From Candidatus Bathyarchaeia archaeon (GTDB lineage Archaea; Thermoproteota; Bathyarchaeia; Bathyarchaeales; Bathycorpusculaceae), in NCBI GenBank assembly GCA_038817565.1, contig JAWAZO010000001.1:1-59756 (forward strand): a stretch of DNA of 59,756 bases, given 5' to 3'. Position numbers and translations under genes: made by a program. Below are positions 8,080 to 17,504 of this stretch, piece by piece. How positions within the stretch are numbered: the stretch's first letter is position 1; every line of letters begins with the position of its first letter. The notes under the pieces were generated by a model. It ran no database searches. It was not told the origin of the DNA and saw nothing but the letters and a program-made list of their open reading frames with translations.

Positions 8080-11000
8080 ATGGGTGGAAGTATGAAAAGT
8101 TTAAAGAAGGTCTTGACTCTTGCATTAACTATAACACTTGTACTGCAGTTTATGTCTTTCCTTACACGCAACATAGCTTTTGGAGAATCCACAGACTTCA
8201 TTATAAAAAATGTTAACGTTAGATCTTCGGCTGACACACCCTATGTTTATCCGGGAAGTAGAAGGGTTAACTTAAAAGTTGAGGCAGCTTATCAAAACAG
8301 TCTAATAGCGCGGAACGTTGTTGGATGGCTCAACATAACAGTAGAGGGCATGAGTTTCAGTTCTGGGAGTGGTGCATGTTCCCCAGCGCGGCTGCTTAAT
8401 GGTAGCGTAGCCGAAGAAGTAGGCTTAAACACCCACATCATATTTGAATATTTAATCGACATTTCAAGCTCTGTAAAACCGGACACTTACCTGTTGGAAC
8501 TTAACATCACATATGTGAAGGAAAACAGCATCACATTTGAGGTAAACCATGTGGCCATAACGGTTTCACCTTACCCAGAAGTCTCTCTGCGAGTGGTGGA
8601 CGCCTATTTTTCACCATCCTCATACCCTGGTTCTGTTGACACAAACCTTTACGTGATATTAGAAAACAATGGAAGCAGCACCATAAACTCTGCAAACTTT
8701 AATGTCACGCTTCCAGAAGGCTTTACGGTTAAGAATCCTAGGGCAAGCACTGGTCTCGTCAATAGGGGAGAACGTTTCACCATAACATTTACCGGGGTTT
8801 CTATACCATTAAACGCCCAATTGGGGGTATACGACGCAGTTATTTATGCGGATTACAGCGCAAGAACAGAGGACGGGGTAACCTACAGCACCACAGCATC
8901 CCTCAACATCACAGTTATAGTGGAAAGTCCTCCTCCAGAAGAGCCTATCATGGTGGCAGCTGTAAACACACTTTATAATGGGCAACCAGCTTCACTACTT
9001 CCATCCGCAAGAGGCGTTGTTTTGCGAATATACCTCATTAATAGGCTTCCAGACGCTATAGGCGCAATAATTGTAAACACCGCTGTTCCAAACGGGATAA
9101 ATGTCAGAGCCATCTCTGGAACCTACATTAATGGAATGGCCGCCGGCGGCACATGTTACGTTGACTTAACCCTCGATATAGGCTCGGAGGTTGCTGAAGG
9201 GCTGTATAAAGGCACATTGAATATAACCTACCTTAAAATGGTTTCAGGTGCATCCTTCCTCATGAACCAGACTGTACATTTCCCATTAAACATTGAAACT
9301 GTCCACAGCTACATGCCTGAGCTAGTTCTTGTCGATGCTTATTGGGGTTATCCGGATCCAACACCAGTATACTCAACCTCACGTTATGCGCCATTAACAA
9401 TTAGGCTTGTTAACTATGGGCGTTACAGTGTTTGGGGAGTTGTGGTAAACGCCTCTTCACAACATCTTAAACCTATTAAGGATTCTGATGCATGCGCCAC
9501 AACGGTTGCCAGAGGCGGTTCATGCACGGCGGTTCTTTACTTTGACATAAACACCACCACCCTAAACGTGCCAGTTAAAGTTTTTGCAAACTACGTATTT
9601 ACTGAGTTTGGAACCCACCTCAGCGTAATGAGGGATTTCACGGTTACCTTGCCAATTGAAAGTTATCCAGCCTCTGAAAGCATCCTCTCCCTCGTGGATG
9701 CTGGATGGCAAAACAACGTGAACGTTTTCCCAAGGACAAGCAACGCCACATATCAAGTGACTTTAGCAAATAGGGCGCCCTACTCAATTGCAGGGGTAAA
9801 CCTAAAACTCAAGCTTCCAATTGGAATGACCTCGAAAGGACAAGATGAGGCTACAGCTTATTTTGAGGGACCCGTTAGGAGCCTAGCCACTTTTACAGCT
9901 TCCTTCATAATTTCAGTTGGCGACACACAGCCTGGAAACCACAACGCAAACCTAACAGTGGACTGTATGTTGCTTTCAGGCGGTCCTGGAGTTAGGCGTG
10001 TTGAAAACTTTACCGTGCAAATAAACGTAAATGATGATGGTTCAGCCTTAGAGGTTTTGGATGCAAGATGGTATGAGGGTTCTGTTGGACCAAACACCTA
10101 CGGCGCCCACCTCATAGTGCTCGTCAGAAACGTTTATGTAGATGGACTTCACGGCGCAGTCCTCGAACTAAACTTGCCAAAAGGCATTTACAATGCTGTG
10201 GACAACTCAAGTATTGCTAGGGCTACACCGTTATCGGTGCAGCTGCAACTTCCTCTGCAACAGCAGAACCTTGCAGAAATTTTAAACGCTTTCTTAAGTG
10301 CTCAGCAGGTCAGTCCAACGCAAGTTTACGGCAGAGGCGATGTTCTAACCTTTATGTTCAGCCTCAACCTGTTCGATATTGAAGTTGGAGGCTACATTCT
10401 CGAAGGACGCTTATCATACATTGACGGTTGGGGTGGCAGTCGACAAATCCCAACAAAAGTGCCTGTTGCCATCCTTGGAAGGACTGGATACATAGAAATA
10501 GCCATGGAGAAAACTATCAGTGTGCAAAGCCGATTCACAAACGCGTCTTTAACACTTACTAATCATGGAAGCTCACCAGTTTACGACGCATACGTGGTTA
10601 TTTCACCCTATCAAGGAACCCCAATCCTCATAGCATCACCAGCATTAAACTACATTGAAAAGATTCTACCCGGAGAAAAATGCGAAATACTGCTGACATT
10701 AGCGTATAATCCACTTGGTTTCTACACGCAAACCGGTGGAACTATGGCTGTAACTTACGGACCTGTTCCTTTCATGGTCTCAGTAATTTATAGGGATGCA
10801 TGCGGCTACCAACGCGTATTCAACAATTCAATAACTGTGACGGTTGAGCCCTTCATTGACCTCATATTAAGAAATATTAAGGCAACTGGCACCGGGATAT
10901 CTTCAACAGTATCGGGTATAATTGTTAATTATGGTTCTGCCATAGCCTACCGAGTTGAAGTGGAGCTTAAAATTGGCGATGCCACACAATCCTCGTTTAT

Positions 11001-11289
11001 AGGCGATGTTGAACCGGGCTCAGAGATAGCCTTCAGGGTGGACATAAACAAGTATGACGAATCCGCTGTTTTAACCGTCAGATACTATGACATCTTCAAC
11101 AAACTGGAATCAAAAGCGACAAACATAACCATTACCCTTCAAGAGGTCGCGCCTCCAACAATTCAAGGCGAAGAGTTCCATGTCGAAAGGTGGATTATTG
11201 TGGCGGGCGTCATCGTATTTCTAGCCGTGGCAACCATCATAATATATAGGACCGTGAAGAAGTCAAGGCTGGTGGAAGGAAACTCCTAA
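8080..11289 (+). CDS. Large extracellular repeat protein with C-terminal membrane anchor (S-layer-domain/CARDB-like)
   Basis: 1069 aa. N-terminal hydrophobic signal-like segment and C-terminal TM WIIVAGVIVFLAVATIIIY plus basic tail. At least four recurrences of a module opening [LV][LV]DA-x-[WFY]. Many N-x-S/T sequons. An alternative ATG at 8092 follows GGTGG. Confidence 0.7.
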   Translation: MGGSMKSLKKVLTLALTITLVLQFMSFLTRNIAFGESTDFIIKNVNVRSSADTPYVYPGSRRVNLKVEAAYQNSLIARNVVGWLNITVEGMSFSSGSGACSPARLLNGSVAEEVGLNTHIIFEYLIDISSSVKPDTYLLELNITYVKENSITFEVNHVAITVSPYPEVSLRVVDAYFSPSSYPGSVDTNLYVILENNGSSTINSANFNVTLPEGFTVKNPRASTGLVNRGERFTITFTGVSIPLNAQLGVYDAVIYADYSARTEDGVTYSTTASLNITVIVESPPPEEPIMVAAVNTLYNGQPASLLPSARGVVLRIYLINRLPDAIGAIIVNTAVPNGINVRAISGTYINGMAAGGTCYVDLTLDIGSEVAEGLYKGTLNITYLKMVSGASFLMNQTVHFPLNIETVHSYMPELVLVDAYWGYPDPTPVYSTSRYAPLTIRLVNYGRYSVWGVVVNASSQHLKPIKDSDACATTVARGGSCTAVLYFDINTTTLNVPVKVFANYVFTEFGTHLSVMRDFTVTLPIESYPASESILSLVDAGWQNNVNVFPRTSNATYQVTLANRAPYSIAGVNLKLKLPIGMTSKGQDEATAYFEGPVRSLATFTASFIISVGDTQPGNHNANLTVDCMLLSGGPGVRRVENFTVQINVNDDGSALEVLDARWYEGSVGPNTYGAHLIVLVRNVYVDGLHGAVLELNLPKGIYNAVDNSSIARATPLSVQLQLPLQQQNLAEILNAFLSAQQVSPTQVYGRGDVLTFMFSLNLFDIEVGGYILEGRLSYIDGWGGSRQIPTKVPVAILGRTGYIEIAMEKTISVQSRFTNASLTLTNHGSSPVYDAYVVISPYQGTPILIASPALNYIEKILPGEKCEILLTLAYNPLGFYTQTGGTMAVTYGPVPFMVSVIYRDACGYQRVFNNSITVTVEPFIDLILRNIKATGTGISSTVSGIIVNYGSAIAYRVEVELKIGDATQSSFIGDVEPGSEIAFRVDINKYDESAVLTVRYYDIFNKLESKATNITITLQEVAPPTIQGEEFHVERWIIVAGVIVFLAVATIIIYRTVKKSRLVEGNS

Positions 11290-11311
11290 ACAGCAATGGT
11301 GAAACCACGCC

Positions 11312-12517
11312 ATGTTTGCGGATTTCGTTAAGCTTTCGCTGAAAGCCCTAAGCGAGAGAAGGATGAGGGCTGCGCTAACAATCGTAGGGATAGCCATAGG
11401 CCCCCTAGTCCTTGTCATGATGAGCTCAGTTGTTGGCAGCTACTCAAACTATATAGAGGAAAGGATAACATCTCTCGGTCAAAACGCCATCGCCATTTTC
11501 CCAACAGAAAACTATCGGCTCGATGAAGAAGACTTAAACTATATTAGGGCTATTGAAGCGGTTAAGAGGGCTGAGCCCTTCTACAACACGCAGGGCCTAG
11601 TGAAAAGAGGGACAGAAGACGTTAAAGTGTCAATATTCGCGGTTGATTACAGTTTGCTCTTCGAGGCTATAGGGAGCCTAAAAATCGGTGAAGGCGACAT
11701 TCCATCTGAGCGTTTGTACGTAATAATAGGGCGGAAAATAGCCTACAAAGACAACGAGAAATACTTCCGCTTGGAAGACAGCCTTATTGTGACTGTGCCA
11801 AAAGTGGAAGGAGGGAAAATAACAGGCAGAAGATCAATAGGGGTTCGTGTTGGCGCCATCCTCGAAGAATATGGTGGTGCATTAATAGTGGACCCCGATT
11901 CAACAATCTTCATGTGCTTGGAGGCTGGCAAAAGCTCCCTCGGAATGGATAGGTGGTCTGGGATTCTCGTTTTAGTGAATAATCCGGCTAACGTTAAGCC
12001 AGTTGTCTCAAATTTAAGGCAGCATTATGAGGATAAAGCCCAGATAATCGCTTTCAGCTCCATAGCTGAAGCTGTTTCCAGCGTTACTGGAGCAATAAAC
12101 TTCATAAACTTTTCAACCTCGCTTTCGGCTTTTGCTGTGGCAATTGCAGGGGTGGCGGCCACTATGATAACATCGGTTATGGAACGCACGAGGGAGATAG
12201 GTGTTATGAAGGCTATAGGCTACACAAACGGGCAGATTCTCCTACTAATCCTCATGGAGTCAATAGTTATGAGTCTTGTCGGCGGAACTGCCGGAATATC
12301 AGTTGGTGTTGTGGGCGCCTACATACTGGCTTCAAGGGGCTTCACTATAGGCGGCATAGGTGAAGGAGGCATAACCCTACAATTAAGCCCATTAATAACG
12401 CCAGCTCTTATAACCCAAACATTAGCCCTGACAATCCTCATAGGCTTGTTGGGCGGAATTCTCCCAGCCTACAGAGCCTCAAAAATTCCGCCAGTAGTAG
12501 CCTTAAGATATGAATAG
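11312..12517 (+). CDS. ABC transporter permease (FtsX/MacB family)
   Basis: N-terminal TM, about 230 aa extracytoplasmic loop, C-terminal three-TM FtsX-type module. Operon context with the 7334 ATPase. Confidence 0.8.
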   Translation: MFADFVKLSLKALSERRMRAALTIVGIAIGPLVLVMMSSVVGSYSNYIEERITSLGQNAIAIFPTENYRLDEEDLNYIRAIEAVKRAEPFYNTQGLVKRGTEDVKVSIFAVDYSLLFEAIGSLKIGEGDIPSERLYVIIGRKIAYKDNEKYFRLEDSLIVTVPKVEGGKITGRRSIGVRVGAILEEYGGALIVDPDSTIFMCLEAGKSSLGMDRWSGILVLVNNPANVKPVVSNLRQHYEDKAQIIAFSSIAEAVSSVTGAINFINFSTSLSAFAVAIAGVAATMITSVMERTREIGVMKAIGYTNGQILLLILMESIVMSLVGGTAGISVGVVGAYILASRGFTIGGIGEGGITLQLSPLITPALITQTLALTILIGLLGGILPAYRASKIPPVVALRYE

Positions 12518-13678
12518 CTAGAGCCAAATCACTCCGTAGATTAGGAAGCGAAATGCCAACATGCTTATCACACTGCTAAGCAAGGAAAGAGAAACGCTTT
12601 TTGCCCATGGAAATTCAAACAGTAAATGAACTGCAATACTGCATAAAGCAACAATCCAAACATAATATACTATTCTGTCCAAAACATCGTATTTTATGGT
12701 TAAAATTGACATGAAGTTCTGAGCGTCAACAGTCCATCCTTCCCCAGGAACCCCACCCAATGTTTCTAAGGATAAATACATCTTAGGATAGGCAAAAACA
12801 ATTCCAGCGAGAATTATGTTCTGTATGAATAAGGTTATAAGCACAAACCCGGAAACCGTTAGCATGGTTTTCCAAACAGGCTGTCCTCTAAGAAGCTTTG
12901 AAAACAAGTATAAGATGATGCCGAGGATTACCCATTGTATGGTGAACTGCATAAAACCACTTATTAGAAAATTAGCTATTATTGCCCCTCCATTCATCTC
13001 AAACATGGATTTATAATAGCCGTGAAAGAAAACCCCGTCAATTAGAACAGTTATGTTTTTGTTGCTGTTCCATGACAATTCGAATTTTAAACTTGTAATG
13101 TTCTGCCAATCTACATTATAGCCAACTGGTGTAAAGAGTTCTAAAGGAACCGTCTTATTATTCCAAACATTAATTTTCACTTCGCTGCCTGACAGAGAAT
13201 AGAAGAAGTAACTGGTTGTGGCGTTCTTGGAGAATAAATAGACATTTAAGTTTGTAGGTTCTTCAGAAGGCTCAACTATTTTCATTCTAAATGATAAATT
13301 TGCGTAGTGGTTTGGCTCAACGCAATTCAAGGGTTCTGGAAATTTCAATTCCATATCAATCTGGCTGCTGTTAGATAATGTGAATTGAATGCTTTTATCT
13401 CCATAATAGCTGCCTTTAATGTAGTCCGAGGTGTTATTGGATTTATCCGCGTTTGAATACCAAAATGCAGCGTTTTCCGTCCATTTGTCTAAGTCTGTTA
13501 ATTCTGGTGCCGTTTGGTCGTAGTATACTTTTATGGAGAAGGCGTAATAAAACATTGAAAAGGATAGCACAAATAGCAGCATGATTATTAGTGGTCCTTT
13601 GTATCCTGGTTTTTGGATTATTTCTTTGAAAGCCTTGTGAGGTGCGTATATAACTCTGAATACTTCACGCATGGACAT
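12518..13678 (-). CDS. Yip1-like polytopic membrane protein with large N-x-S/T-rich external insert
   Basis: N-terminus VIYAPHKAFKEI followed by a TM, about 190 aa of sequon-rich loop, then 4-5 TMs. Family call is tentative. Confidence 0.5.
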   Translation of the reverse strand: MSMREVFRVIYAPHKAFKEIIQKPGYKGPLIIMLLFVLSFSMFYYAFSIKVYYDQTAPELTDLDKWTENAAFWYSNADKSNNTSDYIKGSYYGDKSIQFTLSNSSQIDMELKFPEPLNCVEPNHYANLSFRMKIVEPSEEPTNLNVYLFSKNATTSYFFYSLSGSEVKINVWNNKTVPLELFTPVGYNVDWQNITSLKFELSWNSNKNITVLIDGVFFHGYYKSMFEMNGGAIIANFLISGFMQFTIQWVILGIILYLFSKLLRGQPVWKTMLTVSGFVLITLFIQNIILAGIVFAYPKMYLSLETLGGVPGEGWTVDAQNFMSILTIKYDVLDRIVYYVWIVALCSIAVHLLFEFPWAKSVSLSLLSSVISMLAFRFLIYGVIWL

Positions 13679-13727
13679 CTATTTTGGCTCCGTTGTAATT
13701 TTCACCGGCACCATTATTAAAGGTTGC

Positions 13728-15236
13728 TTACATGCCAGCCTTTAGCCTTCTATACATGTTGTAGTCTACATATTCCAAGAAGGGGTTTTCCGCCTGGTAC
13801 TTAACCGTTAGTTTTTGTCGTTGTCTTTTCTCGAGGATTTGACTTGTTGTTATGAAGGAGTAGGCGTCGCTTCCAGCTCCAGAGCCGTAGCTCACCATCA
13901 GTATGCGCTCTTCAGGCTTTGCTATGTCGAGGACCGCCGCCAAACCCACAGGTGAGGAGCCCGAGTATGTGTTGCCGAACTTAGCCACTTGAATCGAGGG
14001 CATAAACTGCTCTTCTTTAAAGCCTAATTCGCGGGCTATTCTCACTGGAAACTGAACGTTAGGCTGATGGGCTACAAAATAGTTTATGTCGCTTGGCTTT
14101 AAGCTCAGCCTATTCATAAGCTTCTGCGCTGCTTTTCGTATGTGTTTAAAGTAGGCTGGATCGCCGGTGAACCGTCCACCGTGCATTGGGTATGGCTCGC
14201 CGTCCCTCCGCCAGAAGTCAGGCGTGTCAGAGGTGCACGAATACCAGCCTTCAAGCTCTGCTATGACGTCGGTTTTTCCAAATATGTAAGCGCACCCGCC
14301 ATAACCAACAAAGAAATCTAGCTCCCCGCCTGGAGAGTCTCTTGGAGCTGCTTGAGAGTTATCCGCCCCAATAACCATGGCGTAAGGGACACCCATCCTT
14401 GGGTAGTTAACAAGCGAGGCAGCATCCTTAAACATGCTTGTGGCCGCCTTACACGCAAACTCCGTGTCCACAGCGTCAACACCTTGGACGTCTTCATCCT
14501 CTTCACCAAGCTTGAGGACTTGGGCAACCTTTGAGGCTATTGGTTTAACAGCGTAGGGATTTGACTCGGAGCCAACGTAAACTTTGCCAACAAGTGAGCT
14601 GTCAACGCCTGAATGGATTAACGCGAGTTTTCCAGCTTCAACAGCCGCTGTTATGGCGTCCTCGTCTATGAAGGGAACGGAACGTTCTATACTGCCTTCC
14701 CTAATTCTAAACCTAGAAGTGTACACGCCATAGCCAACTATGCCTGGAGCATCATACTCTTTATTGGGTTTTGTTACATGGTACTCTTGATGTGGATAAT
14801 ATTCGTCGGCAAAAGTGAAGGCCAAAGAAATCGTCGGGATTATTTCGCTTCTCTCAACCGAGTAGCGTCTCCTAAACCTTGGAACAACCTCTCTTCCCTC
14901 GAAAGCTGAAAAGTCTATGGCTTCACCATCCTTCACTATTTTGTCTGTAAGTCTTCCAGGAACCCTTATCTTGCCGTTGTGGAAGGAGACTATGCCATAA
15001 ATGTAGCTGCCAAGCTTTGTGAACTTGTTTGTCGGTTCATTAACAAGTGTGCAAAGCTCAAGCCGGCCCTTTTCGTAGAAGAAGTCTATGTCCTCCATTT
15101 TTCCGAAGCTTTTCCTACCGCAGTTTCCGCAGTAGTCTCTTATCTCGAAATATTCTTTCCCACAGATTTGGCAGCGTCTGCCCCTAAGCCTATCGCCGAG
15201 ATAGGAAACACGCCTCTCTATTGGTTCGCTGCTCAT
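13728..15236 (-). CDS. HMG-CoA synthase fused to an N-terminal DUF35 zinc-ribbon/OB domain
   Basis: N-terminal CQIC-x10-CGNC ribbon plus OB-like segment (about 130 aa). HMGCS core follows, with GSESNPYAVKP and the catalytic-Cys region DTEFACKAAT. The ATG abuts the thiolase TAA, with GGAGGAGG upstream. Confidence 0.85.
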   Translation of the reverse strand: MSSEPIERRVSYLGDRLRGRRCQICGKEYFEIRDYCGNCGRKSFGKMEDIDFFYEKGRLELCTLVNEPTNKFTKLGSYIYGIVSFHNGKIRVPGRLTDKIVKDGEAIDFSAFEGREVVPRFRRRYSVERSEIIPTISLAFTFADEYYPHQEYHVTKPNKEYDAPGIVGYGVYTSRFRIREGSIERSVPFIDEDAITAAVEAGKLALIHSGVDSSLVGKVYVGSESNPYAVKPIASKVAQVLKLGEEDEDVQGVDAVDTEFACKAATSMFKDAASLVNYPRMGVPYAMVIGADNSQAAPRDSPGGELDFFVGYGGCAYIFGKTDVIAELEGWYSCTSDTPDFWRRDGEPYPMHGGRFTGDPAYFKHIRKAAQKLMNRLSLKPSDINYFVAHQPNVQFPVRIARELGFKEEQFMPSIQVAKFGNTYSGSSPVGLAAVLDIAKPEERILMVSYGSGAGSDAYSFITTSQILEKRQRQKLTVKYQAENPFLEYVDYNMYRRLKAGM

Positions 15237-16436
15237 TTAGAAGCCTCCTCCAAAAATGTGGACATAACTTTTAGTGCCAAAACCCTCAAGCTCAAGTACA
15301 CACCCATATTTTAATTCTCCATCAGTTTTTATTTGACGCTCGCCAGCTTCACCCCTAAGCTGTTTAACAACTTCGTAGATTTGGGCTCCGCCGGTGGCGC
15401 CCAAAGGGTTTCCATCAGCCTTTAAGCCGCCGTTCATGTTAACGAAAAGTTTCTTCCCATTCACTTCGTAATAGCCTCTATAATCTTTGCAGCTTTCAAA
15501 GATGGCTTTCCAAGCGGTTCCGCGCTCGCAAAAGCCTAAATCTTCAAGGGAAACCATTTCCATGACGGTGGACTGGTCGTAGAGCTCCAAAACTTGTATG
15601 TCCCATAGGCTTATTCCGGCGTTTTTTAGAGCTTTTTTCATGGCTAGGCGGGTTGCAATAAAACCAGTCATGTCTTCACGGGCTGGAAAAGTTAGATAGT
15701 CTGTGGCAGACGCGGAGCCAAGCACATAAATTGGCTTGTCAGTCAGCCTCTTGGCTGTTTCCTCGCTTGCTAAAATCACGGCACTAGCCCCATCAGATAT
15801 GGGGGCAAAATCATAAAGTCCCAAGGGGCGCCTCGCGTTTTTTCTGGCTTCCAGCACTTGCTCAACAGTTATTTTTCGCTGGAACTGGGCATACTCGTTT
15901 TTTAAGGCGTTAAGATGATTTTTAACAGAAATTTGTGCTAGGGCAATGTTAAGCTTTTCAAGGTTCTCGCCGCTTACGCCAAAACACTTAATGTAGGCCC
16001 TAAGCATAAGCTCATGGTTGGCTTCAGGTGTGCATCCAGCATAATAACTCCACGGGTCTTCGAGGAGCATTAAGTCGTCCCGGATTTTGTCCCAGCGATC
16101 CGTCATCTTCTCTATTCCACCAACAAGCACTATGTCATATTTTCCCGCTTGGATAGCGTTACAAGCATTAGAGAAGGCTGAACTAAACGAGCGCGCAACA
16201 TCCATGGGCACATGTAGCTCCGTTAACTCCGATAGGAAGCCCTCCTCAAGCCCAAGCTTATTTGTTATTGGCAGAAAATAATCCGATAAATAGCAAGCCT
16301 CTAAGTCTTTACGTTCAATTCCAGCCTCCTCTGAAGCCCTAAGCCAAGCCTCTTCAATGAGGCGTTCAGGCTGTTTCTCGTAATGTTCTCCAAACCTTGT
16401 TCTACCGGCCGCGACAATCACCGGACGTTTTCCCAT
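15237..16436 (-). CDS. Acetyl-CoA acetyltransferase (archaeal thiolase)
   Basis: Thiolase-like length and C-terminal NGGLKADGNPLGATGGAQ motif. Lies immediately upstream of HMGCS. Confidence 0.85.
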   Translation of the reverse strand: MGKRPVIVAAGRTRFGEHYEKQPERLIEEAWLRASEEAGIERKDLEACYLSDYFLPITNKLGLEEGFLSELTELHVPMDVARSFSSAFSNACNAIQAGKYDIVLVGGIEKMTDRWDKIRDDLMLLEDPWSYYAGCTPEANHELMLRAYIKCFGVSGENLEKLNIALAQISVKNHLNALKNEYAQFQRKITVEQVLEARKNARRPLGLYDFAPISDGASAVILASEETAKRLTDKPIYVLGSASATDYLTFPAREDMTGFIATRLAMKKALKNAGISLWDIQVLELYDQSTVMEMVSLEDLGFCERGTAWKAIFESCKDYRGYYEVNGKKLFVNMNGGLKADGNPLGATGGAQIYEVVKQLRGEAGERQIKTDGELKYGCVLELEGFGTKSYVHIFGGGF

Positions 16437-16621
16437 ACCACATACGCCCCTACTGTAGCAATATTCCCTTTCAACAAGACTTTTAAACGTTTGCCAACTT
16501 AACGCCTCTAAATGCTAAAACATTCACGGTGTTGAAGCATAACTTGGCAGGCAAAAGTTGCATATTTGAGGAAAGCACTGCTTAATTTATAGCCGTTAAA
16601 AGATAAAAGACAAGGAGCATT

Positions 16622-17026
16622 TCATTTTTCGGCAATTCTAGGATGAATCAGTTGGCGACAGTAGGGACAGTGGACCAGAGCCTTGTCGCCCGTCGCCTTC
16701 CATTTCTTCTTGCAGAAGGGACACTCAAACCAGACAGTGGAGCCTGGAACAACAAACCACTGGCGACTTAGAAGCCACAGAACTATCCCAGCAATAAACA
16801 GAACATCCCCAAAAGCAACAAGATATATGAGCTTAAAGGAAAACCATGAGAAAAGGGATAGCTCCTCAGTCCATAAAAGGGAAAGGAAGCTTGAGAGGGG
16901 ATCAGCGCTAGCGGAGATTTTTGGGTAAGTCTTCCAGACAGTTGCGAAGAGGGCCGCCACTCCCAGTAGGCAGAACGCTAAACTAAGCGCGTACATCGAC
17001 TTTTGTTTTCGGAGAATTCTCTTCAT
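16622..17026 (-). CDS. Membrane protein with C-terminal zinc ribbon
   Basis: Three hydrophobic helices, then CPFC-x18-CPYC. Confidence 0.5.
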   Translation of the reverse strand: MKRILRKQKSMYALSLAFCLLGVAALFATVWKTYPKISASADPLSSFLSLLWTEELSLFSWFSFKLIYLVAFGDVLFIAGIVLWLLSRQWFVVPGSTVWFECPFCKKKWKATGDKALVHCPYCRQLIHPRIAEK

Positions 17027-17053
17027 TTTTAAAATCGGCCATTTCTCACTTGC

Positions 17054-17374
17054 TTATGCAGTGGTAATAGCCTCAGCGATTTGTGTCTCCACTTCACCAC
17101 ATTTTCTTAAAACTTCGCTTTTGAGGGAGTCAATCTCCATGCGGAGCCTTTTCTTAGACTCTGGAGCTAAATCCTTTGACTTGGATATTTCATTTTCCAT
17201 CTTCGATATTTCGCGTTCAGCGTCATGCTTCATCTCCTTAGTCTTTCTAAGCAAATCAACTTTAGCCTTCTCAATTTTCTCAAACTGCTTCTTAACATCC
17301 GCAATCTTCTTGTTCATCTTCTCTTTAAACTTTCCAAACTTCTCCATGTATTCGCGCTCTGAAGGGCCTCCCAT
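17054..17374 (-). CDS. Small Lys/Glu-rich coiled-coil protein
   Basis: I prefer the internal ATG at 17374 (MGGPSEREYMEKF...). TTTATATT lies about 38 nt upstream, and the 29 extra residues in the track ORF are hydrophobic junk. Confidence 0.45.
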   Translation of the reverse strand: MGGPSEREYMEKFGKFKEKMNKKIADVKKQFEKIEKAKVDLLRKTKEMKHDAEREISKMENEISKSKDLAPESKKRLRMEIDSLKSEVLRKCGEVETQIAEAITTA

Positions 17375-17504
17375 GGTTTGCACCAACCGTCCTATATCGC
17401 GATACACAATATAAAGCTTGTTGAATACAAACAAACACAAACAACTCTTCAATAGGGTCAATAGCAGGCGAAACTGTGTAAACCCAGCTAAACATTGTTA
17501 ATAA

